64,000 bases of DNA from the NCBI GenBank assembly GCA_018334835.1, contig JAGXLF010000002.1:19585-83584 (forward strand). Reading direction: 5' to 3'. A model generated the notes under the pieces. The model was given only the letters and a program-made list of their open reading frames with translations. It was not told the origin of the DNA and searched no databases. Made by a program: the position numbers and the translations under genes. The stretch comes from Thermoplasmatota archaeon. Its GTDB lineage: Archaea; Thermoplasmatota; Thermoplasmata; Halarchaeoplasmatales; Halarchaeoplasmataceae. Positions within the stretch are counted from its first letter, which is position 1. Each line of letters opens with the position of its first letter. This document shows positions 47,998 through 58,386 of the stretch, in pieces.

Positions 47998-48630
47998 ATG
48001 AAGATAACCGAGATATTCCATTCGCTACAAGGCGAAGGGATCAAGATAGGCTTACCTACCACCTTTGTCAGAACTTCTAGCTGCAATCTTAGGTGCGAGT
48101 GGTGCGATACCAGATACGCTTGGGAAGGTGGAGAAGAGATGGATATCTCAGAGATCATGGAGAAAATAGATGAGATAGGTTGTTCTCGGGTCTGCATCAC
48201 AGGGGGAGAACCTCTGCTTCAAGACGATATCCTTTCACTGATCGATCAATTGCTTGAAAATTACGAGATAAGCGTCGAGACCAACGGTTCTATCGATATA
48301 TCTGAACTGGTAGAAAGAGATTTGATGGTCTCTATGGATTACAAAACTCCTTCCTCTAAGATGAATAACAAGATGAGAAAGGAAAACCTTAATCTTTTAA
48401 GAAAAACGGATCAGCTGAAATTTGTTATCTCTGACAAAAAAGATTACAATTTCAGTCTAAATGTAATAGAAAGTTTTGATCTTGAATGCAAGACCATCTT
48501 TCAGCCGGTCGAGGAAGGGGATTTAGATATAAAAGAGCTTGCCGAATCCGTTCTAGAGGATGGTCTAGATGTGAGAGTCTTACCACAGTTGCACAAGATA
48601 ATTTGGAAGGAGGAAGAGGGTTCATTCTAG
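47998..48630 (+). CDS. queE: 7-carboxy-7-deazaguanine synthase (radical SAM).
   Basis: MKITEIFHSLQGEGIKIGLPTTFVRTSSCNLRCEWCDTRYAW (CX3CX2C-variant cluster typical of QueE). Start set at MKITEIF. Confidence 0.8.
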   Translation: MKITEIFHSLQGEGIKIGLPTTFVRTSSCNLRCEWCDTRYAWEGGEEMDISEIMEKIDEIGCSRVCITGGEPLLQDDILSLIDQLLENYEISVETNGSIDISELVERDLMVSMDYKTPSSKMNNKMRKENLNLLRKTDQLKFVISDKKDYNFSLNVIESFDLECKTIFQPVEEGDLDIKELAESVLEDGLDVRVLPQLHKIIWKEEEGSF

Positions 48631-48638
48631 AAATCTTT

Positions 48639-49022
48639 CTAGAATAACTTTTCATCATATTTCCAATATAGGATCACGGTAGCTCCGGCTAAAATGGTCA
48701 AGACACCAATTAGTACTTTTCTAAAAACAGAAGACCTCAAAATAGAAGAAGCTCCTTCTTCTGAATCTTCATCATCTTCTTTTTCGTTCTTTTCTTTTTT
48801 GTCATCGACCTCCTCGAAGCTTGCAGTTATCTCGGTGTCGTTCTTCATCGTTACTGAAGTCTCCATTCCGTTTTCTTCGAAGTCTTCCCATCCTGAGAAC
48901 TCCCATCCTTCTGCAGGAATCGCTTTTAGATCTATATTTTCATCTTCCTCATAATTCCTTTTCAACTCATCTTCAACTGCTTTACCATCCACTTTTACAA
49001 TACCTTCACCATCGACAATCAC
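48639..49022 (-). CDS. Small acidic protein with a C-terminal TM anchor; the N-terminal region resembles a Flg_new/Listeria-Bacteroides repeat (PxEGWxFxGW).
   Basis: AIPAEGWEFSGWED motif, acidic linker, hydrophobic tail VLIGVLTILAGATVILYW. Confidence 0.35.
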   Translation of the reverse strand: MIVDGEGIVKVDGKAVEDELKRNYEEDENIDLKAIPAEGWEFSGWEDFEENGMETSVTMKNDTEITASFEEVDDKKEKNEKEDDEDSEEGASSILRSSVFRKVLIGVLTILAGATVILYWKYDEKLF

Positions 49023-49105
49023 AATTAAACTTTAATATATGATTTACCCGCCTATTTTAATCCGGGAGAACAGACTTTTTATTTAGGCCCTCATTAACAA
49101 AAAAT

Positions 49106-49855
49106 ATGGTAGAGAGATTGAAAGGTAAAAAGGCTCTGATCACTGGAGCTTCAAGAGGCATAGGTAGAGCTATCGCGAAAAAATTTGCTGAGGAGAAAGC
49201 GATCTTGGGCATCAACTATCGATCTAGTGAGAACAAGGCAAATGAAGTTTTAAACGCCGTCAAAAGATCATCTAGAGGTATGTTGTTGAAGGGTGACGTC
49301 AGCAAGAGAAAACATTGTAAACAGATCATAAATGATTTCGTGGAAGAATTCGGAGGTTTAGATATCTTGGTCAACAATGCCGGCATCTACAAGCGTAAAA
49401 ATTTAGAAAAAGCAACGATCGATGACTTCGACCAAACCATGGGCGTGAACGCTAGAGGCCCTTTTATGATGTGTAAATACTCGCTCAAGTACCTGAATGA
49501 ATCGGATTCGGGTAGGATAATAAACATGTCCTCTCAGCTGGCTTTTAGCGGTTCAGATCATGGAACATCCTATGTAGTCAGCAAAGCAGCTCTACTCGGT
49601 CTAACAAGAGCTCTAGCTCTTGAATTAGGTCCAAAAGGAATCACGGTCAATGGTATAGCCCCCGGTACCATTGATACAGATATAATCTCAAGTTATTCGG
49701 ATGAAAAAAGAAGGAAGAGAGCTGAAAATATACCAGTAAAAAGGATAGGACTACCAGGAGATATCGCCGATGCGGCTTTGTTTTTAGCTTCCGAGGAAGG
49801 AAGTTATGTCAACGGTGAAGTCATCGGAGTCAACGGCGGTTCCACTATCCATTGA
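49106..49855 (+). CDS. SDR-family NAD(P)-dependent oxidoreductase.
   Basis: TGASRGIGRAIA, NNAG, S-x12-YxxxK (SSQ...YVVSKAA). Confidence 0.8.
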   Translation: MVERLKGKKALITGASRGIGRAIAKKFAEEKAILGINYRSSENKANEVLNAVKRSSRGMLLKGDVSKRKHCKQIINDFVEEFGGLDILVNNAGIYKRKNLEKATIDDFDQTMGVNARGPFMMCKYSLKYLNESDSGRIINMSSQLAFSGSDHGTSYVVSKAALLGLTRALALELGPKGITVNGIAPGTIDTDIISSYSDEKRRKRAENIPVKRIGLPGDIADAALFLASEEGSYVNGEVIGVNGGSTIH

Positions 49856-49972
49856 GAAATAATAGCTGAGTTGAAAGAGCCCTTGCTAGTAAAAAAGTGG
49901 GTCTATTTACTATAAATCCTTAAGATATATAAAAGAGTAACATATGTTGTATCTCAGAAGAAAGGTGATAAT

Positions 49973-50743
49973 TTGGTAAAAAAAGCAATTGTCTTGGCAG
50001 CAGGTGAAGGAACTAGGCTCAGCCCTATAACCAAAGCGATCCCTAAAGAGATCATAAGGGTCGGTAAGAACCCAGCTATCGAACATGTTCTAAAGGTCCT
50101 TAAGGCCGGCGGAATAGAGGATGTACTCCTGATCGTGGGTAGAAAAAAGCACGCTCTCATCGATTATCTTGGTTCTGGGGAAAGGCTTGGTTTGAAGATA
50201 TACTACAGGATGCAGGAAGAGCCAAAGGGAACTGCCCATGCCGTCTCGCTTGGTGAAGACTTTATCGATGAAGATGAAGATTTCGCTATAATGTACGGAG
50301 ATAATTACTTCACACCTTACGAAACGATGGAAGATATCGTTGTATTTCACCAGAAAAAAGGTGGAGAAGGAACTCTAGTTCTTCACCCTGTAGACGATCC
50401 GACACGATTCGGAGTCGTTGATATAGATGAAAATGACCAGATACACGGCATGATGGAAAAACCTACTCTAGAAGAAGCTCAACCTTTCAAGGTTGATGAT
50501 CACTGGTTGAACATCGCCGGCCTTATGATCGTAAATTCGAGCATCTTCTCATATATAGATAAAACAGAACCGGGCAAAAAAGGAGAGATATGGTTGACCG
50601 ATTCGATAGAGATGATGAGAAAAGATGGCAGCGAGTTTTACGGTTACAAATTCGACGGTAAAAGATTCGATATAGGTACATTTGAATCTCTTAGGGAAGC
50701 TGATGAGTTAGAAATCGAAAGAAAAGAGGAGAATGATCTATGA
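49973..50743 (+). CDS. Sugar-1-phosphate nucleotidyltransferase (RmlA/GalU-like); TTG start.
   Basis: AIVLAAGEGTRLSPITKAIPKE signature. Confidence 0.75.
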   Translation: MVKKAIVLAAGEGTRLSPITKAIPKEIIRVGKNPAIEHVLKVLKAGGIEDVLLIVGRKKHALIDYLGSGERLGLKIYYRMQEEPKGTAHAVSLGEDFIDEDEDFAIMYGDNYFTPYETMEDIVVFHQKKGGEGTLVLHPVDDPTRFGVVDIDENDQIHGMMEKPTLEEAQPFKVDDHWLNIAGLMIVNSSIFSYIDKTEPGKKGEIWLTDSIEMMRKDGSEFYGYKFDGKRFDIGTFESLREADELEIERKEENDL

Positions 50744-51822
50744 AAAAGATAGGGGTGGTAGTCGGAACCAGACCTGAGATAATCAAGATGAGTCCAGTGA
50801 TCCGTGAACTAGAAAAGAATGACATCAAATATAACATAATACATACAGGGCAACATTATGACGAAGAAGTCTCCGAGATTTTTTTCAGAGAACTAGAGAT
50901 AGAAAGGCCTGATAAATATCTCGATATAGGGTCGGGTTCTCAGGCCGAACAGACTGGAGGAGCGATGATCGAACTTGAAAAGACCTTCAAAGAATTTGGC
51001 ACAGATATATTATTGGTCCAAGGAGACACCAATACAGTTCTAGCTGGAGCGTTAGCCGGTATAAAGATGGGGCTCGAGGTCGGTCACGTAGAAGCAGGTC
51101 TTAGGAGCTATGATTACCGTATGCCGGAAGAGTACAACAGAAGGTTGACCGACCACGCCTCTAATATGCTTTTTGCCCCTACAGAAGAAAACAGGATCAC
51201 TTTAGAGAAAGAGGATGTTTGGGGAGATATATACGTTACAGGAAACACGGTGATCGATGCATGCATACAGAACTTGAAAATAGCTGAGAAGAAAGCAGAA
51301 CTAGACTTCGAATTACCTCATGAGTTTATACTTGTGACCGCCCATCGAGCTGAAAACGTGGACGATAGAGAGGTTGTAAAAAATTTCGTAGAAGTTTTCG
51401 AAGAACTAGATCACCCTGTTGTATATCCGATCCATCCTAGGGCCGAAAAGATGTTCAAAAAATATGATATGCTGGATAGATTAAAAAGAAATGATAAAAT
51501 CTATCTTGTTCCACCTCAGGGTTATCTAGAATTTCTAATACTCATGAAAAGATGTGAGTTCATACTCACTGATTCAGGAGGTATACAGGAAGAAGCGACG
51601 GCACCGAACATCAAGAAAAAGGTTTTCGTTTTGAGAAGGTCTACTGAAAGACCGGAGGCGGTTGAAGCGGGATACTGCACCGTTGTAGGCACAAAAAGTG
51701 ACGATGTCCTTGACCACATCCAGGATTTTGATGAAGAAAAATGGGATCCCGACAGTTGCCCCTACGGAGATGGAAGGGCTTCAGAGAAGATTGTTGATAT
51801 TATCAATAAAATGTCAGAGTAG
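50740..51822 (+). CDS. wecB: UDP-N-acetylglucosamine 2-epimerase (non-hydrolysing).
   Basis: VVGTRPEIIKMSPV...HTGQHYD...VQGDTNT...HVEAGLRS motifs; ATGA overlap with the upstream gene. Confidence 0.85.
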   Translation: MKKIGVVVGTRPEIIKMSPVIRELEKNDIKYNIIHTGQHYDEEVSEIFFRELEIERPDKYLDIGSGSQAEQTGGAMIELEKTFKEFGTDILLVQGDTNTVLAGALAGIKMGLEVGHVEAGLRSYDYRMPEEYNRRLTDHASNMLFAPTEENRITLEKEDVWGDIYVTGNTVIDACIQNLKIAEKKAELDFELPHEFILVTAHRAENVDDREVVKNFVEVFEELDHPVVYPIHPRAEKMFKKYDMLDRLKRNDKIYLVPPQGYLEFLILMKRCEFILTDSGGIQEEATAPNIKKKVFVLRRSTERPEAVEAGYCTVVGTKSDDVLDHIQDFDEEKWDPDSCPYGDGRASEKIVDIINKMSE

Positions 51823-53217
51823 AGGATTCCAATATAACATCACCACAATAATTAGACCGCTCACACATAAGATAGTCGCTAATACACCTGCTTTTGTCAT
51901 CTCATAGGTTTTGAAATAGCCTGTTTTGTAAGCTAAAGCGTTCGGCGGAGTATTGGCTGGCAACAAAAAGGCTAGGCAGGCCGCCATACCAGCTACTGGA
52001 GCTAAAAGAAGAGGATTTTCATTTAATGTAAAGGCTAAAGATATCGATACAGGAACGAAAGTGCTTGAAGTCGCTGTTAAGCTCGAAAACAGGGTGATGC
52101 TGAAAGCTGTTATGAAAGCTATAGAAGTTACAATCAGCAGAAGATTAGTATCTGCTAGAAAAATCTCCATGTGACTCGTGATCATTTCGATCACACCGGT
52201 TTTCTTCAATCCAGAGCCCAAAGCTAGGCCTCCACCAACCAGCACGAAAACTCCCCATCCGATCTCCTCCGACGCTTCTTTCCAATCTAGAACGCCTATA
52301 CCGGGGAAGATAAACATCATTGAAATCAGAAGAGAAGCAATATATATCCATTCTTCAGGTAGAGGTAAAAAAGCATCTAAAGGATCCAATAACCACATGA
52401 TCACGGCTATCACGAAAAGTATGATCACATGTATCTGATCTCGAGAAAGTTTTCCCATCTCTGATAATTCTTTTTTGATGTCTTCTGTGCCGCCTGGAAT
52501 CCTTTTTACTTCTGGTTTATACACTGTAACCATCAATTTCCATACCAAGGGTATTGCGATCAATATAACAGGGATAGCCCTTATCATCCAGCCTCCAAAA
52601 GAGATATGGATACCCTCCTCCCTCAAAAAACCTAGAGTTATCGGAACAGGTGGTGTTCCTACTGGAGTACCCATGCCTCCAATATTGGCTGTAAAAGCAA
52701 TACCGATCACCATGGCTTTCCCCATGTTGCTCCCTTTTGGATCATCTATCGCTTTTTTTATGATACCGATACCGATGGGTAACATTATCGCAGTTGAAGC
52801 GGTATTTGAAATCCACATGGAAAGAAAAGCCGTTGCTAGCAACACCCCCAATATTAGATTATCAGTTTTTTCTCCCATAAAAGAGATGAAACGAAGTCCT
52901 ATCCTTCTATCAAGGTCGTATTTTTTGAGGGCAGCAGCGATTATAAAACCTGCTAGGAGAAGGGTATTCACCGGGGTCGCTATGTATGCAAGTGCTTTAT
53001 CTAAAGGTTGTATCTTGAATATACCCTGAAGAAGGATTACCAAAAGCGCAGTTACAGAGATAGGAAGTGCTTCTGTGATCCATAGAACTGCAGCGGTAAA
53101 AGCGATAGCGATCATTATTCTTTGATCCATCGTCAAGGGCAAAGGTAATTGGGTGAAAAAAGAAGCAGCGAGAAAGGTGAGAGTTATGATAATCAATTTT
53201 CGGTCTATTTTGATCAT
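51814..53217 (-). CDS. ArsB/NhaD-superfamily anion permease (DASS/SLC13-like).
   Basis: About 12-14 TM helices with an inverted-repeat architecture; no soluble domains. Confidence 0.55.
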   Translation of the reverse strand: MIKIDRKLIIITLTFLAASFFTQLPLPLTMDQRIMIAIAFTAAVLWITEALPISVTALLVILLQGIFKIQPLDKALAYIATPVNTLLLAGFIIAAALKKYDLDRRIGLRFISFMGEKTDNLILGVLLATAFLSMWISNTASTAIMLPIGIGIIKKAIDDPKGSNMGKAMVIGIAFTANIGGMGTPVGTPPVPITLGFLREEGIHISFGGWMIRAIPVILIAIPLVWKLMVTVYKPEVKRIPGGTEDIKKELSEMGKLSRDQIHVIILFVIAVIMWLLDPLDAFLPLPEEWIYIASLLISMMFIFPGIGVLDWKEASEEIGWGVFVLVGGGLALGSGLKKTGVIEMITSHMEIFLADTNLLLIVTSIAFITAFSITLFSSLTATSSTFVPVSISLAFTLNENPLLLAPVAGMAACLAFLLPANTPPNALAYKTGYFKTYEMTKAGVLATILCVSGLIIVVMLYWNPLL

Positions 53218-53413
53218 TTTTTACTCCAAATTCTTTACTTTTTTAAGTTTGGTTGTACTTGGATTTTAACGAGCGTAAGAAAGAGATGCTTAAAAAATTT
53301 TCTTTTTTTTAGATCCTCAAGACAGGTAAATAATAGAAACGAGTTTCAATTCTTTCCGATTTCCCAAATTATTATTAGGTAAGTAACTTTTGAACATTTG
53401 ATAAAGTGAAAAA

Positions 53414-53791
53414 ATGTTGGACGGATTGTTAGAAAAGAAGTTAGATAGCTTGACAGGGAAAGACATCTTGGTAATCATGGACGATGGCCTAGGATTTCTA
53501 GGGAAACTTGAGGAATACGATAAAAAAACAATAGTTTTGAAAAAAGTACTTCAATCACAATTCGATGATATCGATTGGAAGAAGATCGCCACCGATTCTA
53601 GAGATGTTAGAAAGAAAAAGAATAAAGAAAAGAAGATAGGGTTCGCTAACTGGACCCGAGTAAATCTAGAGGAGGTCTATATAAGAATTGAACATATCAC
53701 GAGGATATGGCCCTGGATTCAAAAGGAAAGGGTGAAAGGAGAAACTGAGGAAGGTAAAAGACCTATCTATTATGAGAAAGAATATCTGTGA
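53414..53791 (+). CDS. Sm-like (LSm) protein with a basic C-terminal extension.
   Basis: Sm1/Sm2-like pattern KDILVIMDDGLGFLGKLEEYDKKTIVLKKV, followed by a K-rich extension. Confidence 0.4.
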   Translation: MLDGLLEKKLDSLTGKDILVIMDDGLGFLGKLEEYDKKTIVLKKVLQSQFDDIDWKKIATDSRDVRKKKNKEKKIGFANWTRVNLEEVYIRIEHITRIWPWIQKERVKGETEEGKRPIYYEKEYL

Positions 53792-53876
53792 AGTCTTTTC
53801 CTTTTGACTTCAAATTATCAAACTTTCAAAATAAGCCATAGAGTTAGCAAATATTATAAAATTGATAACTATTCCA

Positions 53877-55040
53877 TTAAATCAATATACTCAATATTTT
53901 TGCGAAGATAACCATGCCCAATAACGCAAATGGATAGGTCGAGCCATAACCAGCTCCAACATCCTCAGTTTCTGTAACTTTTATAGCGGCTCCCAGACCC
54001 GGAGTAGAGGTCATCCCACCAGTGATAGCTCCAGCCGTTACTATCCAATCTAGGTCCCAAAGACCTCTTAAAAGAAGCATGCCGACGGCTATCGTTCCCA
54101 TCCCCACGAATAAAGTTATCAAAACTAGAACGGCTCCGGATTCTATAACTGCCTCTAAAAATCCTGCTCCCCCATCTATCCCAACCACAGCTAAAAATAA
54201 AGCTAAAGTCAAAGATCTTATACCAGACAGAACTTCATGGGACATCCTAGTATTTATTGGACCGATTTTTCCTATATAGCCTACTGCAAGTGCCGCGGGA
54301 AGTATTCCACCTGTTATACCCAGTTTGGTAGTTCCTAGTGGTCCTAAAGGTATCGGTATTTCTCCTAGTATACCTCCTAAAACCAAGGCCAAAACAAACC
54401 CTCCAACACTGAAAGTTACCGCTTCCTTAGTTACTTTCTTACTCTCACCCGATGCCACACCATCGATGCTTTTCTTAAACTTCCGCTTTTCTTCCTCAAG
54501 ATCGATGTTCCTGATCCTAGGCCAAAGTTCTTGAAATACTATGACCATCACCACTCCAAAGGGATAGGCTACTGAGTGTCCTATAGTCACACGTATACCC
54601 ACATCCTCTGTTACTCCTTCGAGCTGTGCTCCCAACCCTGGAGAACTCGTCAACGCTCCAGTGAAGACACCTTCTATATATCTAGGATCGACTACACCTA
54701 TTCCACCAAGCCCTCGGGCACCGATATAAGTCAAAATTGCGGCAACGGTTGCCATTAAAAAACCAACAACGACAAATTTAAAACCATGAGCCTTCACGAC
54801 TCCTCCTATGTCTTTTGCCGCCATAAGACCTACAGACGCCACAAACAGGGCAAGTGATATCACGAAGTAACTACCTGGGACCTTGACTCCGAAGTGCCCG
54901 AGGAGCAAACCTGCAAAAAGAGCTCCGGATATTCCAAATCTAAACCCTTTAATCTCTAACCGCCCAAATAATATACCTACGAGAACTGCAAGAGAGATTA
55001 CGAAAAGATTATTTTCTAACAGTGCTCCCATAAAGTTCAA
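53877..55040 (-). CDS. AAE-family transporter (YidE/YbjL-like, duplicated Asp-Al_Ex domain) without TrkA-C domains.
   Basis: Two homologous halves beginning with G-rich helices (ISGALFAGLLLGHFG / ITGGILPAALAVGYIG). Confidence 0.55.
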   Translation of the reverse strand: MNFMGALLENNLFVISLAVLVGILFGRLEIKGFRFGISGALFAGLLLGHFGVKVPGSYFVISLALFVASVGLMAAKDIGGVVKAHGFKFVVVGFLMATVAAILTYIGARGLGGIGVVDPRYIEGVFTGALTSSPGLGAQLEGVTEDVGIRVTIGHSVAYPFGVVMVIVFQELWPRIRNIDLEEEKRKFKKSIDGVASGESKKVTKEAVTFSVGGFVLALVLGGILGEIPIPLGPLGTTKLGITGGILPAALAVGYIGKIGPINTRMSHEVLSGIRSLTLALFLAVVGIDGGAGFLEAVIESGAVLVLITLFVGMGTIAVGMLLLRGLWDLDWIVTAGAITGGMTSTPGLGAAIKVTETEDVGAGYGSTYPFALLGMVIFAKILSILI

Positions 55041-55282
55041 TTTTCCACCTCGATCAATAAGGCACCTTCAACTCTTCTATCTATCTGAACGTTGTCTCTG
55101 ATGTTTTTATCTTGCTTGGGATCTTCTACACGCACGATTTCAACCAATTGTATACATACCCGTTTAAATATTTTTCTTTTTGATTGAAAACATGTGTTAG
55201 TATAAAAATCTACATTTCAAATAAACCCCCAAATTACTTATATGGGCTCTTTGGATAAAATAACCGAAAGGGAGACTGATGA

Positions 55283-56062
55283 GTGATGAGATTCCAAGAG
55301 ATAGATATCCTATTGGTAGATGACGAACCAGGTTTTTTAGAACAGGCAAAGGGGATACTGGAAGAAATTGACGATCGGTTCGTCATCGAAACCTCAAGTA
55401 CTGTGGAAAATGCCTTAGAACAGATAGAAAATAAAAACTTCGATGCCGTTGTCTCAGATTACCTCATGACCGACAAAAACGGAATCGAATTTCTAAGGAT
55501 ATTGAGAGAAGAAAAAGAAAACATGATACCTTTCATTCTATTCACAGGCAGAGGATGGGAAGAAGTTGCGATGAAAGCCTTAAATATAGGAGCTAACAAA
55601 TACATCTGGAAAAATGAAGAAGTGAGCCTTTACGAAAAAGAAAAGAAGGAGCCTGTAGATCAATATGAAGTATTGGCAAAGGAAATCGTAAAGGAAGTCA
55701 AAAATTATGAAAACAAAAAAGTATTAGAGTTGACACGTCGAACGATAGAAAAATCTAAGGAGGGTATATTCTGGGTTGATCCAAAGGGAGAAATATTGTA
55801 TGTTAACGAGGCTGTCAGAGATATGTTGGGATACAAACAAAAGGAGTTGATCGGAAAGAACATTTCCGAAATAGACCCGGCTTTTTTACAAGAAGACAGA
55901 GAAGAGGCATGGAAAAAACTCAAAGAAGAAGGTTCTAGGACATTCAAATCAAAACATGAGACCAAGGATGGAACGGTCATCCCAGTAGAGATAACAAGTA
56001 ATTATGTAAGAGATGAAGATAAAGAACTCGAATTTGCCTTCGTTAGAAGGATCGATGAATGA
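55283..56062 (+). CDS. Response regulator (REC domain) fused to a PAS domain; no DNA-binding output domain.
   Basis: ILLVDDEP...D54-like DAVVSDYLM...K, then a PAS module (GIFWVDPKGEILYVNEAVRDMLGYKQKELIGKNISEI). Confidence 0.7.
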   Translation: MMRFQEIDILLVDDEPGFLEQAKGILEEIDDRFVIETSSTVENALEQIENKNFDAVVSDYLMTDKNGIEFLRILREEKENMIPFILFTGRGWEEVAMKALNIGANKYIWKNEEVSLYEKEKKEPVDQYEVLAKEIVKEVKNYENKKVLELTRRTIEKSKEGIFWVDPKGEILYVNEAVRDMLGYKQKELIGKNISEIDPAFLQEDREEAWKKLKEEGSRTFKSKHETKDGTVIPVEITSNYVRDEDKELEFAFVRRIDE

Positions 56063-56319
56063 GGGCGAAAGATCACAGAGGGCAAGGTTTTTCCGCTCAA
56101 ATTTCTTACTTTACAGTTTATCAATCTTTTGAATCCATCTTCTCTCTTAACTCTCCACAGACATGGTTTTCATATCCCTCATCTTATAAATTAAATAAAG
56201 GCCGATTATTAATATTTCTTCTAAATTCGATAAGATGATCAATATGTTATAAATAAAGGAAAACTTTAATTAGAACGGCATGAGATGTGATGAATTGTAA
56301 AACATTCCTGGTGTAATCG

Positions 56320-58380
56320 ATGACTGAAGATTCAGACAAGAGTCCAAAGGGGAATAACTCCTCTACAAAAGAGAGTCCTGATGTCGACGTTGCTCCCTTA
56401 GATGAGTGGATAAAAGGCATAAATATCAATAGTACAGCCGACGTACATGTACCTGAGTTTTTAGCCGACCAAGTGATAGGCCAGGACGAAGCCGTCAGCG
56501 TGGCTAAAAAGGCAGCGAAGCAACATCGCCACGTGATGCTTATAGGCCCTCCGGGTACTGGAAAATCTATGATAGCGAAGGCGATGACCGATTTTTTACC
56601 TAAGCAAGAATTGGAAGACATCTTATGCTTTCCAAACGAAAAGGATGAAAATGAACCTAAAATTCGAACAGTGCCCGCAGGTAAGGGAGAAGAGATAGTC
56701 GAAGCACACAAGAGAGAGGCCAGAAAAAAAGAAAAACAGAAGAACAGGGGAATGTTGATGATACTCGCCTTGATCGTCGGAGCAGCCGTAGTTATATCCA
56801 TCTGGCAGAGCAATTTTATAATCATGTTTTTTGGTATTCTTGCTGCTGCTATGTTGATGATCGCGATGAGAGCTAATCCAAGGGGGTTCGGGCAGGATAG
56901 TGAAGGTCAAACTCCAAAGCTTTTGAAAGGCCAGGACTCTAAAAAAGAAGTACCCTTTGTTGACGCAACCGGCGCACAATCTGGGGCACTTTTGGGAGAC
57001 GTGAAGCACGATCCATTCCAGAGTGGCGGTCTTGAAACCCCTCCTCATCAAAGAGTAGAAGTAGGTGCCATTCATGAAGCTCACAATGGAGTTTTATTCA
57101 TAGACGAGATGCACATGCTTGGTATGGATTCTCAACATAGCTTACTCACCGCAATGCAGGAAGGGAAATTTTCGATAACAGGTCAAAGTGAAAGGAGCAG
57201 CGGAGCCATGGTCCAAACAGAACCCGTACCGACGAATTTTATCCTAGTCGCTGCCGGTAATCTAGATTCGGTCTATGGACAAAGAGATGAAAGAGGAGTC
57301 CAACATGGTGGTATGCATCCCGCTCTGAGATCAAGAATAAGGGGATACGGGTACGAGGTCTATGTTAATGACACGATGGATGACACTGATGAAAATCGTA
57401 GAAAACTGATCCGCTTCATAGCACAGGAAATCGATAAAGACGACAAAAAAATACCCCACTTTACGAAAGATGCTATCAAAGAGATGTTGAGGGAAGCACA
57501 ACGTAGAGCTAACAAGCGAGGAGAGTTAACCCTAAGACTGAGAGAGCTAGGCGGACTGGTAAGAGTTGCTGGAGACCTTGCAGTAGAGCGGGGACACAAG
57601 ATGACCACCGCTGAGGACGTGGTAAACGCAAAATCGACAGCAAGATCACTCGAACAGCAGGTTACGGATAAATTCATCAAAAAACGAAAAGAGTACAGCA
57701 TGTACAGAACTGAAGGTGACATGGTAGGTGTGGTGAACGGTCTCGCCGCGATGGGCGACGAGCAAGAAGGCATGTCTGAGTACTCGGGCATAGTGCTCCC
57801 TATCGCCGCGGAAGTTACTCCTGCGCATTCAAGTGATGAGGGGAAGGTCATCGCTACTGGAAGACTTGGAGAAATCGCAAAAGAAGCTGTTCAAAATGTT
57901 TCTGCATTAATCAAGAAGTACACGGGAGAAAACATATCTAAGTACGACGTGCATATACAATTCATAGGAACTCAACAGGGTGTTGAGGGAGATTCAGCTT
58001 CGATATCGATCGCAACGGCTGTTATATCTGCCCTGGAGGATATCCCGATCGATCAAAATGTAGCAATGACCGGTTCCTTAAGTGTTAGAGGACAAGTGCT
58101 ACCGGTAGGCGGGATCACTTCAAAAATCGAAGCTGCAGCAGAGGTTGGCATGGATAAAGTTTTGATCCCAAAGATGAATGAGAAAGACATAGTGATCGAA
58201 GAGAAATACGAGGATAAAATCGAAATCATTCCCGTAGAAAATCTAGGGGAAGTACTAGAACATGCCTTGATCGGTGAGAAAAAGGAAAAACTGCTTGACA
58301 AACTAGCATCACTTTTGGAGATAAAGACTATCCCATTCCCCACAAGCGAACCTGCACCTAAGACGTCCAACAATTCATGA
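56320..58380 (+). CDS. lonB: Archaeal membrane-bound Lon protease (LonB).
   Basis: AAA+ Walker [12 protein letters not shown]; two TM helices inserted in the ATPase domain ([18 protein letters not shown] / [16 protein letters not shown]); C-terminal protease domain with a Ser-Lys dyad context (EGDSASIS...KIEAA). Confidence 0.85.
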   Translation: MTEDSDKSPKGNNSSTKESPDVDVAPLDEWIKGININSTADVHVPEFLADQVIGQDEAVSVAKKAAKQHRHVMLIGPPGTGKSMIAKAMTDFLPKQELEDILCFPNEKDENEPKIRTVPAGKGEEIVEAHKREARKKEKQKNRGMLMILALIVGAAVVISIWQSNFIIMFFGILAAAMLMIAMRANPRGFGQDSEGQTPKLLKGQDSKKEVPFVDATGAQSGALLGDVKHDPFQSGGLETPPHQRVEVGAIHEAHNGVLFIDEMHMLGMDSQHSLLTAMQEGKFSITGQSERSSGAMVQTEPVPTNFILVAAGNLDSVYGQRDERGVQHGGMHPALRSRIRGYGYEVYVNDTMDDTDENRRKLIRFIAQEIDKDDKKIPHFTKDAIKEMLREAQRRANKRGELTLRLRELGGLVRVAGDLAVERGHKMTTAEDVVNAKSTARSLEQQVTDKFIKKRKEYSMYRTEGDMVGVVNGLAAMGDEQEGMSEYSGIVLPIAAEVTPAHSSDEGKVIATGRLGEIAKEAVQNVSALIKKYTGENISKYDVHIQFIGTQQGVEGDSASISIATAVISALEDIPIDQNVAMTGSLSVRGQVLPVGGITSKIEAAAEVGMDKVLIPKMNEKDIVIEEKYEDKIEIIPVENLGEVLEHALIGEKKEKLLDKLASLLEIKTIPFPTSEPAPKTSNNS

Positions 58381-58386
58381 AAGAAG

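Noticed and set aside
56247-57084. Minus-strand ORFs of 192 aa and 153 aa inside the lonB coding region.
   Set aside because: They are antisense to a well-supported gene, low-complexity (S/F/C-rich) and carry no motifs. They are typical shadow ORFs.
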